Assembly (NCBI GenBank): GCA_964511665.1
Contig: CAZEHA010000016.1
Coordinates: 242-64,241 of the forward strand
DNA: 64,000 nt
DNA from: an uncultured Bacteroidales bacterium
Lineage (GTDB): Bacteria; Bacteroidota; Bacteroidia; Bacteroidales; ML635J-15
Reading direction: 5' to 3'
Positions 48,041 to 58,068 of the stretch are shown here, in pieces. Numbering within the stretch: position 1 is the stretch's first letter; each line of letters starts with the position of its first letter. The notes beneath the pieces are model-generated. The model saw only the letters and a program-made list of their open reading frames with translations, was not told where the DNA came from and did not search any database. The position numbers and the translations under genes are program-made.

Positions 48041-48213
48041 AACTATATTATTGCATATTCACCAGAATCCTGAAATTGTATCGAAAAAAAATAACAGCAT
48101 TGCGATGATTGCAACAAAACTATGATACATTTGTTCTTTGAAAATAATGTGAAATCACAATTATTTATTGCTACATATTATTAATTCAAACAAATACATA
48201 TCTTAACCATCGT

Positions 48214-48771
48214 ATGAAAATATACACCAAAACAGGCGACGACGGCACCACGGGATTAATAGGAGGACATCGTGTTAAAAAGACCGACATCAGGCTCGAA
48301 GCCTATGGCACTGTTGACGAGTTGAACAGTTGGATTGGGCTGATTCGCTCGTGTCCGAATAACTATAGTGTAAACCAAGACCTGATATATATTCAGCGCA
48401 GTCTGTTCACCATTTGTGCCCATTTGGCCACCGACAGAGAAAACGCCATTGGCGAAATTGCTTACATTTCTCCTATAACCGAAGAGCAAAGTGCTTTTAT
48501 AGAAAGTTGCATCGACAAGTTGAATGGTGAATTACCCGAGCTCAGTAATTTTATCATCCCGGGCGGTTCACAGTTCGCCGCCTACTGTCACGTGTCGCGC
48601 ACGGTGTGCCGTCGCGCCGAAAGGCGAATCTTAAGTCTGGCTGAAAACACCCATATCGACAAAAATATTCTCATTTTTGTCAATCGTCTTTCCGATTATT
48701 TGTTTACCCTGGCACGATATTGCAGTTTTAAACAAGATGTTGATGAAATTATTTGGAAGAATGATTTGTAA
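48214..48771 (+). CDS. PduO-type cob(I)alamin adenosyltransferase
   Basis: KIYTKTGDDGTT, GTVDELNS, RTVCRRAER, NRLSDYLF. Confidence 0.93.
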   Translation: MKIYTKTGDDGTTGLIGGHRVKKTDIRLEAYGTVDELNSWIGLIRSCPNNYSVNQDLIYIQRSLFTICAHLATDRENAIGEIAYISPITEEQSAFIESCIDKLNGELPELSNFIIPGGSQFAAYCHVSRTVCRRAERRILSLAENTHIDKNILIFVNRLSDYLFTLARYCSFKQDVDEIIWKNDL

Positions 48772-48841
48772 TTGATTTTTTTTTATTTATTTGTGGCCTG
48801 AAAAAGAGCTGCAATATTGTTTAATTAATACCTTTAGTGGA

Positions 48842-49063
48842 ATGTATTGGACACTTGAATTAGCATCGAAGCTGGAAGACGCACCTTGGCCGGCAACAAA
48901 AGACGAGCTCATCGACTATGCCATTCGTTCGGGAGCCCCTCTCGAAGTTATCGAAAATCTTCAGGAGATAGAAGACGAAGGTGAGTCGTATGATAGTATC
49001 GAAGACATTTGGCCCGACTACCCCAGCAAAGACGATTTCTTCTTTAACGAAGACGAATATTAA
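48842..49063 (+). CDS. DUF2795-family protein
   Basis: MYWTLELASKLEDAPWPATKDELIDYAIR. Confidence 0.88.
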   Translation: MYWTLELASKLEDAPWPATKDELIDYAIRSGAPLEVIENLQEIEDEGESYDSIEDIWPDYPSKDDFFFNEDEY

Positions 49064-49082
49064 AAGAGTTTTGATTATTAAC

Positions 49083-49108
49083 GAAGCACACTTCGGTGTG
49101 CTTTTTTT
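49083..49108. terminator. Terminator between convergent genes
   Basis: AAGCACAC-TTCG-GTGTGC followed by a T-run. Confidence 0.8.
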
Positions 49109-49835
49109 ATTGCTGCTCGAATTTAAAGGTTACCTGACCTTTCTGCAATTGGGCACCCGGTTTGGGTTCGTATTTCCACTGCCTGAGGGCAGCTTTTGCC
49201 AACTCGGTGCATGCAGCACAGTTAGATGACACCACTGAAATATTTAATACGTTACCCTTCTCGTCGACAAAGAAAGCGAGAACAACAGCACCAAACATAT
49301 CGGGTCGTTGTTGCGGCTCTACTTTAGAAACTACCCCACGATTTCCGATACCACCGCTAACGCCGCCCGGTCCGCCACCGGTGCCGGGTGTTGAACCATC
49401 GCCACCTGTTCCGGGAGCACCGCTTCCGGTGCCTTGTCCGTCGCCGGTGGAGCCACCGGTATTTCCAAAATTCATCAGGTTGTTGATGCGGTTGGTTTGT
49501 TCCTGCCTGCGAATATCTTCTTGGCTAGGCTGGTTGGTGGTGGCGTTGTTGCTTGAGGGTAGGGCCGGTGCAGTCTCTGTATTCTGAGTCAGATTGCCCG
49601 ATACAGGAGTGTTGTGTTGTGAGGAGGCATTGTGTTGTGCGTCTGAAGTGGCGGGCGCGGAAGGCCCAGGAGCAGTAGTACCGCTTCCGGCACCCCCAAA
49701 GTCAAGCAATATTCCCTCTTCCTGCGGAAGAGGCAATGGTGTAGTGAAGCCAAGCAACAACAGCAATAAAATCACAAAAATGTGATACATTACTGTTACT
49801 ACTATGCCTTCTTTATGTTTTTTAAAAAAATCCAT
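49107..49835 (-). CDS. tonB: TonB-family energy transducer
   Basis: N-terminal TM with His, Gly/Pro linker, C-terminal VDEKGNV..WKYEP; downstream of exbBD. Confidence 0.8.
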   Translation of the reverse strand: MDFFKKHKEGIVVTVMYHIFVILLLLLLGFTTPLPLPQEEGILLDFGGAGSGTTAPGPSAPATSDAQHNASSQHNTPVSGNLTQNTETAPALPSSNNATTNQPSQEDIRRQEQTNRINNLMNFGNTGGSTGDGQGTGSGAPGTGGDGSTPGTGGGPGGVSGGIGNRGVVSKVEPQQRPDMFGAVVLAFFVDEKGNVLNISVVSSNCAACTELAKAALRQWKYEPKPGAQLQKGQVTFKFEQQ

Positions 49836-49841
49836 TATTCA

Positions 49842-50246
49842 TTATTTCGGCGAAGTGGCCAATATCAGTTTATAGTTGTTGTCTTTGGCAATATTCATTA
49901 CCTTAACTACTTGCTCCATGGGAACGGTTTTATCTACATACAAAGCAACAAACGGCTCTTCAACATCGGCGAGTGAGGTTTTCAGCCGACGTTCCACTTC
50001 CTGAAAAGCGCACAATTGTCCGTTAACGGCAAAAGTAAAATCGCCATTGTTTAAATCGTCGATTGAAACTGTTGCACTTTGCTTGGCCGAAGTTTGATTG
50101 TTGCTTTGCGGCAACAACAGTTTCAGTGCATTAGGAGCAATCAGTGTTGATGTTACCATAAAGAATATAAGCAACAAGAACACAATATCGGTCATCGACG
50201 ACATGCTGAAGGCTGCACTAACTTTATTTCTGGTTTGCAATGCCAT
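49842..50246 (-). CDS. exbD: Biopolymer transport protein ExbD
   Basis: MTDIVFLLLIFFMV. Confidence 0.92.
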   Translation of the reverse strand: MALQTRNKVSAAFSMSSMTDIVFLLLIFFMVTSTLIAPNALKLLLPQSNNQTSAKQSATVSIDDLNNGDFTFAVNGQLCAFQEVERRLKTSLADVEEPFVALYVDKTVPMEQVVKVMNIAKDNNYKLILATSPK

Positions 50247-50255
50247 AGTGTTGCT

Positions 50256-50945
50256 CTAATTAACCGGTTCGTTTAAAATATCCATAAATTCGGTGGTTCT
50301 GGTTTCGAGATGCGCCACCAGACTATCGATGCGGGCCACCAAAATATTATAGGCAAAATAGGCTACAATACCCACTACAAGACCACCCACAGTGGTAACC
50401 ATTGCCACATAAATACCATTCGAAAGCAAAGTAACATCAATATTGTTACCGGCGTTGGCCATATCGTAAAATGCTTTAATCATACCCATTACGGTTCCGA
50501 GAAACCCAATCATAGGGGCACCACCGGCAATAGAGGCCAGCACCGGTAATCCTTTTTCGAGCTTGGCAATTTCTTGCTTACCCACATTCTCAACGGCAGC
50601 ATTAATATCGTTGAGGGGTCTGCCTATGCGGCGAATACCTTTTTCAATCATTCTCGATAACGGACCCTGATTCATCTTACATGCATCTAAAGCTTGTTCT
50701 ACTTTTCCGCTATGGATGAAACTTTTAATATTTTCCATAAACGAAGTTTGTTCTTTCGATGCTTTTTTTATAGCCATGAACCTATCGATAAAAATATAAA
50801 TGGCAATTACCGACAACACTGCAAGCACAATCATAATCCAGCCACCTTTGCTGGCCATTTCGAGAAACGACATTGTCGACTCGGATGCGACTTCTGCTCC
50901 CTGAGCGGTATTTACCATTGTATCGGCTACCTGAAGTAATATCAT
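50256..50945 (-). CDS. exbB: MotA/TolQ/ExbB proton channel protein
   Basis: APMIGFLGTVMGMI, AMVTTVGGL. Confidence 0.9.
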   Translation of the reverse strand: MILLQVADTMVNTAQGAEVASESTMSFLEMASKGGWIMIVLAVLSVIAIYIFIDRFMAIKKASKEQTSFMENIKSFIHSGKVEQALDACKMNQGPLSRMIEKGIRRIGRPLNDINAAVENVGKQEIAKLEKGLPVLASIAGGAPMIGFLGTVMGMIKAFYDMANAGNNIDVTLLSNGIYVAMVTTVGGLVVGIVAYFAYNILVARIDSLVAHLETRTTEFMDILNEPVN

Positions 50946-51167
50946 AATTCTGAAATTTAATCCGAAACGAAATTATAAACTTATGCTATCATAACACAAA
51001 ATCAAGATTTGTTTTTATCAACACCGTAATGTTGAGAATACACCCATACTCAATCTTAGTAACGATACTATGAACCGAAATATTTTCTCTTTGATGCACA
51101 TTGTTCATAATAAGGTATTGAAGCAAACCGATTTTTCATTAATTTCGCGTTTTAAAAATGCAGTAAT

Positions 51168-51824
51168 ATGAAATTCTTTATCGACACAGCCAATCTAGAA
51201 CAAATACGGGAGGCACAGGCACTGGGCATTCTCGACGGAGTTACAACAAATCCTTCGCTCATGGCAAAAGAAGGGATAAAAGGGCACGAAAACATTTTGA
51301 AACATTACGTTGACATTTGCAATATTGTTGACGGGGATGTAAGTGCCGAAGTAATAAGCACCGATTTTGCCGGCATGGTTCGCGAAGGGAAAGAGTTGGC
51401 TGCGCTTCATCCGCAAATAGTAGTTAAGGTGCCCGTAATTAAAGACGGGATTAAGGCCATTAAATACTTCACCGATCATGGTATCAGGACTAACTGCACT
51501 CTGGTTTTCAATCAGGGTCAGGCTCTGCTGGCAGCCAAAGCCGGAGCCACTTATGTTTCGCCATTTGTTGGCAGGCTCGACGACAATTCAACCGATGGCA
51601 TGGAACTGATACGGCAAATTGTTGATATGTACAATTACTATGAATTCGAAACACAGGTACTGGCTGCTTCCATACGTCATACTATGCACATTATCAGATG
51701 CATTGAGTATGGAGCCGACGTAGCTACGTGCCCGCTAAGCGCCATATTGGGTTTACTCAATCATCCCCTTACCGATATTGGCTTGCAAAAGTTTTTAGAC
51801 GATTATAAAAAAATGAACGATTAG
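51168..51824 (+). CDS. tal: Transaldolase (small FSA/TalC-type)
   Basis: DTAN, TTNPS, VVKVP (Schiff-base Lys); SAEV and SPF point to the transaldolase subtype. Confidence 0.9.
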   Translation: MKFFIDTANLEQIREAQALGILDGVTTNPSLMAKEGIKGHENILKHYVDICNIVDGDVSAEVISTDFAGMVREGKELAALHPQIVVKVPVIKDGIKAIKYFTDHGIRTNCTLVFNQGQALLAAKAGATYVSPFVGRLDDNSTDGMELIRQIVDMYNYYEFETQVLAASIRHTMHIIRCIEYGADVATCPLSAILGLLNHPLTDIGLQKFLDDYKKMND

Positions 51825-51827
51825 GAA

Positions 51828-52448
51828 ATGGCGTTATATTTAGGAATACATCCTGTAAATCCGTCGGAACGTTTGTTGAGAAAGGCAGCGGATGTACTTG
51901 AGAATGGAGGTGTAATTATATATCCCACCGATACGGTTTATGGTATAGGTTGCGATATAACCAAACCCAAAGCAGTAGAAAGGGTCGTAAAAATTAAAGG
52001 CGAGAAACACGACAAAACCCAGTTTTCGTTTATCTGTTACGATATCAGGCATATTACCGATTTTACGCGACCGCTCGATAACCAAATATTTAAGCTATTA
52101 AAGCGAAATCTACCCGGTCCATTCACTTTTATACTTGAGGCCAACAGCAATGTGCAACGCATTTTGAAAACCAACAAAAAAACAGTAGGGGTACGCATCC
52201 CCGACAACAACATTATAAGAGAGATAGTGAGAATGACAGGGAGCCCGATAATGACAACCTCGCTTAAAGCCGACGATGAAATTATAGAGTACACCACCGA
52301 TCCGGAACTGATTTACGAAGACTATCAAAATTTGGTCGATTTGGTAATCGACGGTGGCTATGGCAACAATGTGCCCTCTACCGTTGTTGACTGCACCGGC
52401 GATGAACCGGTAATTATAAGGCAGGGTATGGGGGAACTGATTCTGTAA
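51828..52448 (+). CDS. Sua5/YciO/YrdC family protein
   Basis: [24 protein letters not shown]. Confidence 0.9.
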   Translation: MALYLGIHPVNPSERLLRKAADVLENGGVIIYPTDTVYGIGCDITKPKAVERVVKIKGEKHDKTQFSFICYDIRHITDFTRPLDNQIFKLLKRNLPGPFTFILEANSNVQRILKTNKKTVGVRIPDNNIIREIVRMTGSPIMTTSLKADDEIIEYTTDPELIYEDYQNLVDLVIDGGYGNNVPSTVVDCTGDEPVIIRQGMGELIL

Positions 52449-52548
52449 GTTATAAGTCGGATATCAACAATCTTGTTAAAAAAAAACAGCAGAATAGCAT
52501 TAGGCATCACGTCGAAAACTGTATTTTTGAAAATTAAAACAATAGCAC

Positions 52549-53349
52549 ATGGGTAAAATTATTGCCATAGCCAACCAAAAAGGAGGAGTAGGAAAAACAA
52601 CCACTGCCATTAATTTGGCGGCAGGGCTGGCCGTTCTCGAGAAAAAAATACTTTTGGTTGACGCCGACCCTCAGGCAAATGCAACATCGGGTTTGGGATT
52701 CGATGTAAAAAACATAAAAATCGGACTATACGAAAGCCTGATTAAAGAGGAAGATCCCGGCAATGTAATTCTGACAACAGAATCACCTCAGCTTGATTTG
52801 CTTCCCAGCACAATCGATCTGGTTGGTGCCGAAATAGAAATGATAGAAATACCCAACCGCGAAAGGGTAATGCAGTTTATGCTCGACAAAGTAAAAGACA
52901 AGTACGACTATATTATTATCGATTGTTCTCCTTCGCTGGGATTGATAGTTGTAAATGCGCTCACTGCATCCGATTCGGTAATAATTCCGGTGCAATGCGA
53001 GTATTTTGCTCTCGAAGGATTGGGAAAACTACTGAATACCATTCGCATAGTGCAAGATCATCTCAACGAAAGGCTCGATATTGAGGGTTTTCTGATTACC
53101 ATGTTCGACACACGACTCCGTCTATCGCATCAAATATACGAAGAGGTACAAAAACATTTTCAGGAAATGGTATTTGAAACCGTTATTTATCGAAATGTGA
53201 AGCTGGGTGAAGCTCCCAGTTTTGGGCAAACAATAATTGATTACGACGTCAGTTCGAAAGGGGCTGAGAACTACCTTGAGCTTGCGCGTGAAATACTTCA
53301 GAAACACAACAAAAATGCTGAGATAAACCAGCGTGTAACAACCGAATAA
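52549..53349 (+). CDS. parA: Chromosome partitioning ATPase ParA/Soj
   Basis: NQKGGVGKTT, DPQAN, DCSPS, EAPSFG. Confidence 0.95.
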   Translation: MGKIIAIANQKGGVGKTTTAINLAAGLAVLEKKILLVDADPQANATSGLGFDVKNIKIGLYESLIKEEDPGNVILTTESPQLDLLPSTIDLVGAEIEMIEIPNRERVMQFMLDKVKDKYDYIIIDCSPSLGLIVVNALTASDSVIIPVQCEYFALEGLGKLLNTIRIVQDHLNERLDIEGFLITMFDTRLRLSHQIYEEVQKHFQEMVFETVIYRNVKLGEAPSFGQTIIDYDVSSKGAENYLELAREILQKHNKNAEINQRVTTE

Positions 53350-53350
53350 T

Positions 53351-54235
53351 ATGATGGCCAAAAAGAATGCATTAGGAAGAGGGCTGGGTGCTCTGCTCGA
53401 CGAAAACTCCATCGAAAATGCAAAACGCCCCTACACATCTTTCGATATCGACATTAAGCTAATTAGTGCCAACCCGTTTCAACCCCGCGAAATATTCAAC
53501 GAAGAATCGTTAGTAGAGCTATCTGTGTCAATTGCCAAGTTGGGTGTTATACAACCCATCACGGTGAGGGAAAGCGACAACGGCAAATATCAGCTGATTT
53601 CGGGTGAACGCAGGCTAAGGGCTGCAAAAATGGCCGGTCTTACGAAGATACCGGCATACATCCGAAAAATAAACGACGAGAATATGCTCGAAATGGCATT
53701 GGTCGAAAACATTCAGCGCGAAGACCTCGATGCCATCGAAATAGCTATCTCTTACCAGCGCCTCATGGAGGAATGCTCGCTAACTCAGGAAGAACTCAGC
53801 GACCGCGTTGGCAAAAAACGTTCGACCATTGCCAACTATGTGCGCCTATTGAAGCTACCACCGGCTATTCAGTTGGCCATTCGTCAGCAACAAATAAGCA
53901 TGGGGCACGCCCGTGCATTGATAAACTTAAAAGACGAAGACACCCGGCTGATGATTTATGAGCAAATCTTAAAATACGATTTCTCGGTTCGGAAAGTGGA
54001 GGAAATTGTAAGACAGATTAACGAAGAAGGTGATACACAAACCGAGGCACCTAAAACAAAGCGTTTCATAACAGCTGCCGAATACAATACACTTAAAAAA
54101 CATCTGTCGCAGCATTTTGCTGCCGATGTAGAGTTTAAACGCTATGCCACCGGAAAAGGAAAAATAATAATTCCTTTTACCAGCGACAACGATCTCGAAA
54201 GAATAATTTCGATAATCGACAAACTGAACACTTGA
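53351..54235 (+). CDS. parB: Chromosome partitioning protein ParB/Spo0J
   Basis: LGRGLGAL, QPR, GERRLRA, ENIQREDL, HTH, GHARAL. Confidence 0.95.
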   Translation: MMAKKNALGRGLGALLDENSIENAKRPYTSFDIDIKLISANPFQPREIFNEESLVELSVSIAKLGVIQPITVRESDNGKYQLISGERRLRAAKMAGLTKIPAYIRKINDENMLEMALVENIQREDLDAIEIAISYQRLMEECSLTQEELSDRVGKKRSTIANYVRLLKLPPAIQLAIRQQQISMGHARALINLKDEDTRLMIYEQILKYDFSVRKVEEIVRQINEEGDTQTEAPKTKRFITAAEYNTLKKHLSQHFAADVEFKRYATGKGKIIIPFTSDNDLERIISIIDKLNT

Positions 54236-54792
54236 TATTAAGAATACTAATATGGCTTATCGCGTTTTGTGCAATAACTGCAACTGTATTTGCGCAAACC
54301 AACCCCGATACTGATTCAGATAACAGTATTGCAACATCGGAACCTTTGCATTCACCGCGTAAAGCAAGCATATATTCAGCCGTACTACCGGGGCTTGGGC
54401 AAATCTATAACCGCAAGATATGGAAAGTACCTATAGTGTATGCCGGGCTGGGTGGTTTTGGTTATATGACATACAGTAACCAGTCTCAATTTAACCGCTA
54501 TAAAAATGCCTATATCAATCGGCAGAACGGTTTACCCGATGAGTTTTCATCCAGTATGTCGGCCCAGGGCTTGCTCAACGAAATGGATAGGTTCAGGCGG
54601 TACCGCGACCTCAGCATACTCGGAGTTATTGTATTTTATACCTTGCAGATAATTGATGCCAATGTTGATGCCAATCTTTTCGATTTTGATGTTTCCGACG
54701 ACTTGAGTATGAGCTTACAACCCACTGTGATGGTGCTGCAAAACTCTCAGTTTCTGACCACAGGAATTACTCTTACCATTAATTTGCGATGA
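54232..54792 (+). CDS. DUF5683-family protein
   Basis: SAVLPGLGQIYNRKIWKVP, IIDANVDA. Confidence 0.85.
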   Translation: MILRILIWLIAFCAITATVFAQTNPDTDSDNSIATSEPLHSPRKASIYSAVLPGLGQIYNRKIWKVPIVYAGLGGFGYMTYSNQSQFNRYKNAYINRQNGLPDEFSSSMSAQGLLNEMDRFRRYRDLSILGVIVFYTLQIIDANVDANLFDFDVSDDLSMSLQPTVMVLQNSQFLTTGITLTINLR

Positions 54793-54793
54793 T

Positions 54794-56350
54794 ATGAGAC
54801 TATTGCTGTTATTAACACTTACATTTTTATTACATATTGTGCCCGTTTCGGCTCAAAAAACTGACAGCCTCAGTATTTCTTCTGAATACGGAGGTTTTGT
54901 AGATCAACTCGACAGCCTGCTCATCGACTGGTATCGTACCTACTCAACCGATAGTGCTTATCAGGCTTGCTTAACCAATCGCAGCGAAATTATTACCGAT
55001 GTGCCCGATAGCATTTACCGTTATCGACTGGCCCAGCTTTCGTCGCCGGTTCCATTAGATTACAACCCGGCCGTACAATTGTATCTGACAAAATACATCT
55101 CTAAAGGCAAGTGGTTTATCCCCGATTTGCTGGGCAAAGCTCAGTATTACTTCCCAATGTTCGAAGAAATACTCGATACCTATCAACTTCCATTGGAATT
55201 AAAATATTTGACTATAATTGAGTCGGCACTGAACCCCAATGCCGTGTCGCGTGCCGGTGCTACAGGCATTTGGCAGTTTATGCTGGGCACTGCCCGTAAG
55301 TACAATCTCGAAATAAACTCGTATGTTGACGAAAGACGCGACCCATATATGGAAAGCATAGCGGCTGCACGCTACCTGAAAGATCTCTACGATATCTACG
55401 GCGACTGGCATTTGGCTATTGCATCGTATAATTGCGGTCCGGGAACCATGAATAACGCAATCAGACGTTCGGGCGGAAAAACAAATTATTGGGAAGTATC
55501 GAAATATTTACCACACGAAACCCGAAACTATGTACCTGCCTTTATTGCCATGAACTACATATTTAATTACTATCACGAGCATAATTTTGTACCTTGTCTA
55601 TCTGAGATTCCCATGCACGTTGACACTGTGATGATACGCGACGAATTACATTTTGATAAGATTGCATCGGTGCTGAACATTGGTAAAGAAGAATTGCGTT
55701 TGCTAAACCCCCAATATCGCAAAGACTTTATTCCTGCTAAAACCCGTAACTATCCATTGCGTTTAAGAACTGAATTAATAGGTGTGTTTGTGGCTCTCGA
55801 AGACTCAATTTACAGGAAAGATTCGCTGATGTATGAGACCAATCCCGTAGTGTTTAAAGCCGACGACTATTATGTTGACACCTATACTCCTGCTCCTCAA
55901 CCGGCCAATACCGAAAAACTGATTTACACCGTAAAATCGGGCGATGTACTGGGCTATATATCCAGCTGGTATTCGGTTAGCATCAGCGATATAAAAAGCT
56001 GGAATGGCATATACAGCAACAATTTGCAAATTGGTCAGAAAATCACCATCTACAAACCGATTGGAGTTGCTTCGCGATACAGAAATATCGACAGCATGAG
56101 TTTTGTCGACAAGCAAAAAATGAGCAATGCAGGAGCCACATCTTCATCGGCATCAACAAGCCCGGTAACAAGCCCCGAAAAAATTGACCCCAACTACGAA
56201 TACTACACCGTGCAGCAAGGCGACAATCCATGGTCGATTGCCAATAAATTCAACGGAGTAAGCGTCGACGACATACTTAAACTGAACAATATTTCGAACC
56301 CATCGTCGTTGAAAGTGGGACAAAAAATTAAAATTAGAAAAAAAGCATAA
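54794..56350 (+). CDS. MltD-like lytic transglycosylase with LysM domains
   Basis: IES, GATGIWQFM, YNCG, ETRNYVP; two LysM motifs. Confidence 0.9.
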   Translation: MRLLLLLTLTFLLHIVPVSAQKTDSLSISSEYGGFVDQLDSLLIDWYRTYSTDSAYQACLTNRSEIITDVPDSIYRYRLAQLSSPVPLDYNPAVQLYLTKYISKGKWFIPDLLGKAQYYFPMFEEILDTYQLPLELKYLTIIESALNPNAVSRAGATGIWQFMLGTARKYNLEINSYVDERRDPYMESIAAARYLKDLYDIYGDWHLAIASYNCGPGTMNNAIRRSGGKTNYWEVSKYLPHETRNYVPAFIAMNYIFNYYHEHNFVPCLSEIPMHVDTVMIRDELHFDKIASVLNIGKEELRLLNPQYRKDFIPAKTRNYPLRLRTELIGVFVALEDSIYRKDSLMYETNPVVFKADDYYVDTYTPAPQPANTEKLIYTVKSGDVLGYISSWYSVSISDIKSWNGIYSNNLQIGQKITIYKPIGVASRYRNIDSMSFVDKQKMSNAGATSSSASTSPVTSPEKIDPNYEYYTVQQGDNPWSIANKFNGVSVDDILKLNNISNPSSLKVGQKIKIRKKA

Positions 56351-56362
56351 AGCACTACTGCT

Positions 56363-57349
56363 ATGACAACCATTGCCATTATGGCCGGAGGAAACTCCTC
56401 GGAGCGCAAGATTAGCCTGAAAACTGCTCAACAGATTCTCGAAAGCATCGATAAAAGCCGTTTTACACCGGTTATTGTCGATGTAAAAGGAACCCGATGG
56501 ATGGCTATAGTTGATGGTGAAAAATACCCTATCGACAAAAACACATTCTCGTTCCAAAGAAAAAACCGGCGCATCAGATTTCGTTTTGCATGGATTGCCA
56601 TACATGGCACGCCCGGCGAAAACGGCATGTTGCAGGGTTATCTCGACTGCCTGAACATTCCCTACTCATCGTGTAGCACGCTGGTTTCGGCACTCACATT
56701 CGACAAACACATGTGTAAAATGTACCTGCAACACTTCGATATTCACATGGCAAAATCGATACTGGTTAGAGAGGGCGACAATATACATGTAGAGCAAATT
56801 ACTGAACAGTTGGGCTTGCCGCTGTTTGTAAAACCCAACACCTCGGGTAGCAGTTTTGGGGTGAGTAAGGTGAAAAAGAGTGAAGACCTAGTGACTGCCC
56901 TCGAAAAAGCTTTTAAAGAAGACAACGAAGTAATTGTTGAGGCATTTATTTCGGGTACCGAAGTTTCGTGCGGAGTTTTTAAAAGCAAAACGGCATCATA
57001 TGTGCTGCCGGTTACCGAAATAGTATCTCCCAACGAATTTTTCGATTATCATGCAAAATATTTTTCGAAAAAGACTCAGGAAATTACACCTGCCCGCATT
57101 TCGGAGGAACTCACCCAACAAGTACAGCACTACACATCAGAAGTGTACGACGCATTACATTGCCATGGAATAGTAAGGGTCGATTTTATTATTAGCAATA
57201 ACATTCCCTACTTCCTCGAAATCAATTCAGTGCCCGGCATGAGTCGCGAAAGCATCATTCCCAAACAGTTAAGAACGGCCGGCATCGATATCACAAGTTT
57301 TTTAAGCGAGGTAATCGACGACAGGATGCGTTCTAAGCAATGTAAATAA
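56363..57349 (+). CDS. ddl: D-alanine--D-alanine ligase
   Basis: GGNSSE, HGTPGENG, GSSFG, FDYHAKY, EINSVPG. Confidence 0.94.
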   Translation: MTTIAIMAGGNSSERKISLKTAQQILESIDKSRFTPVIVDVKGTRWMAIVDGEKYPIDKNTFSFQRKNRRIRFRFAWIAIHGTPGENGMLQGYLDCLNIPYSSCSTLVSALTFDKHMCKMYLQHFDIHMAKSILVREGDNIHVEQITEQLGLPLFVKPNTSGSSFGVSKVKKSEDLVTALEKAFKEDNEVIVEAFISGTEVSCGVFKSKTASYVLPVTEIVSPNEFFDYHAKYFSKKTQEITPARISEELTQQVQHYTSEVYDALHCHGIVRVDFIISNNIPYFLEINSVPGMSRESIIPKQLRTAGIDITSFLSEVIDDRMRSKQCK

Positions 57350-57435
57350 TCAGAAATACCTTATCAAACAAATTGACTGTTTGCCTGTTACAATAATATA
57401 ATGTATTTTTGCGTTCAGAAAAGCAACACAATACG

Positions 57436-58065
57436 ATGAAAGCATTCATTATTACATTTTGCTTCTACGTGCTGAGCTTACCGGCTTTGCTAACGGCTCA
57501 GGAAGATTACTACCTTGCTCCATCGGGGCAAACAGAACTCAATATAACAGAGCCAGCTTTTGTTCAGCCGCCATTTTCAGGAAACAAATTATCAACAAGC
57601 CTTAACATGGGCAGCAGTTTTTCGAGTTTTTACGGGAACTCTTTATTTACCAATTACATAGCTCCCGAAGTGGCATATACCTTCAATCCCGAATTTCGGC
57701 TTGTTGCCGGCACCATGGTAACTTACAGTTTAACCGGGCAATCGCGGCAAGGCGAAGTTATGAGTGAGTCGCAGCGCAAAGCCAGTTACTACCTGTATGC
57801 CCGCGGCGAATATCAGGTAAACGACAGGTTGATGATTCGGGCAGGCGGCATTGCCGAGGTAGGAAATCAGGGCTATAATCAGTTTCGATCGGGCAATGTA
57901 GGTGTAAGCCTTCGCCTGGGCAACGACAGCTTTTTACATGCCGATTTTCAATTAAACTCCGGTTATCCGGGTGCCGATTTATACTATTCTACGGGTGGTG
58001 TTTTTGGAGATGCACATCGTTTTGCAAACCCCTATTACAACCCTTTTGGCTATAGCAACTGGTAA
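57436..58065 (+). CDS. Exported hypothetical protein (beta-barrel-like)
   Basis: Signal peptide from ATG 57436; alternating beta strands. Confidence 0.6.
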   Translation: MKAFIITFCFYVLSLPALLTAQEDYYLAPSGQTELNITEPAFVQPPFSGNKLSTSLNMGSSFSSFYGNSLFTNYIAPEVAYTFNPEFRLVAGTMVTYSLTGQSRQGEVMSESQRKASYYLYARGEYQVNDRLMIRAGGIAEVGNQGYNQFRSGNVGVSLRLGNDSFLHADFQLNSGYPGADLYYSTGGVFGDAHRFANPYYNPFGYSNW

Positions 58066-58068
58066 GCA

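Noticed and set aside
52549-54235. parAB as part of a mobile element; parS sites nearby
   Set aside because: Typical chromosomal Bacteroidetes parA-parB-DUF5683 context; no TGTTTCACGTGAAACA-like palindrome noticed by eye
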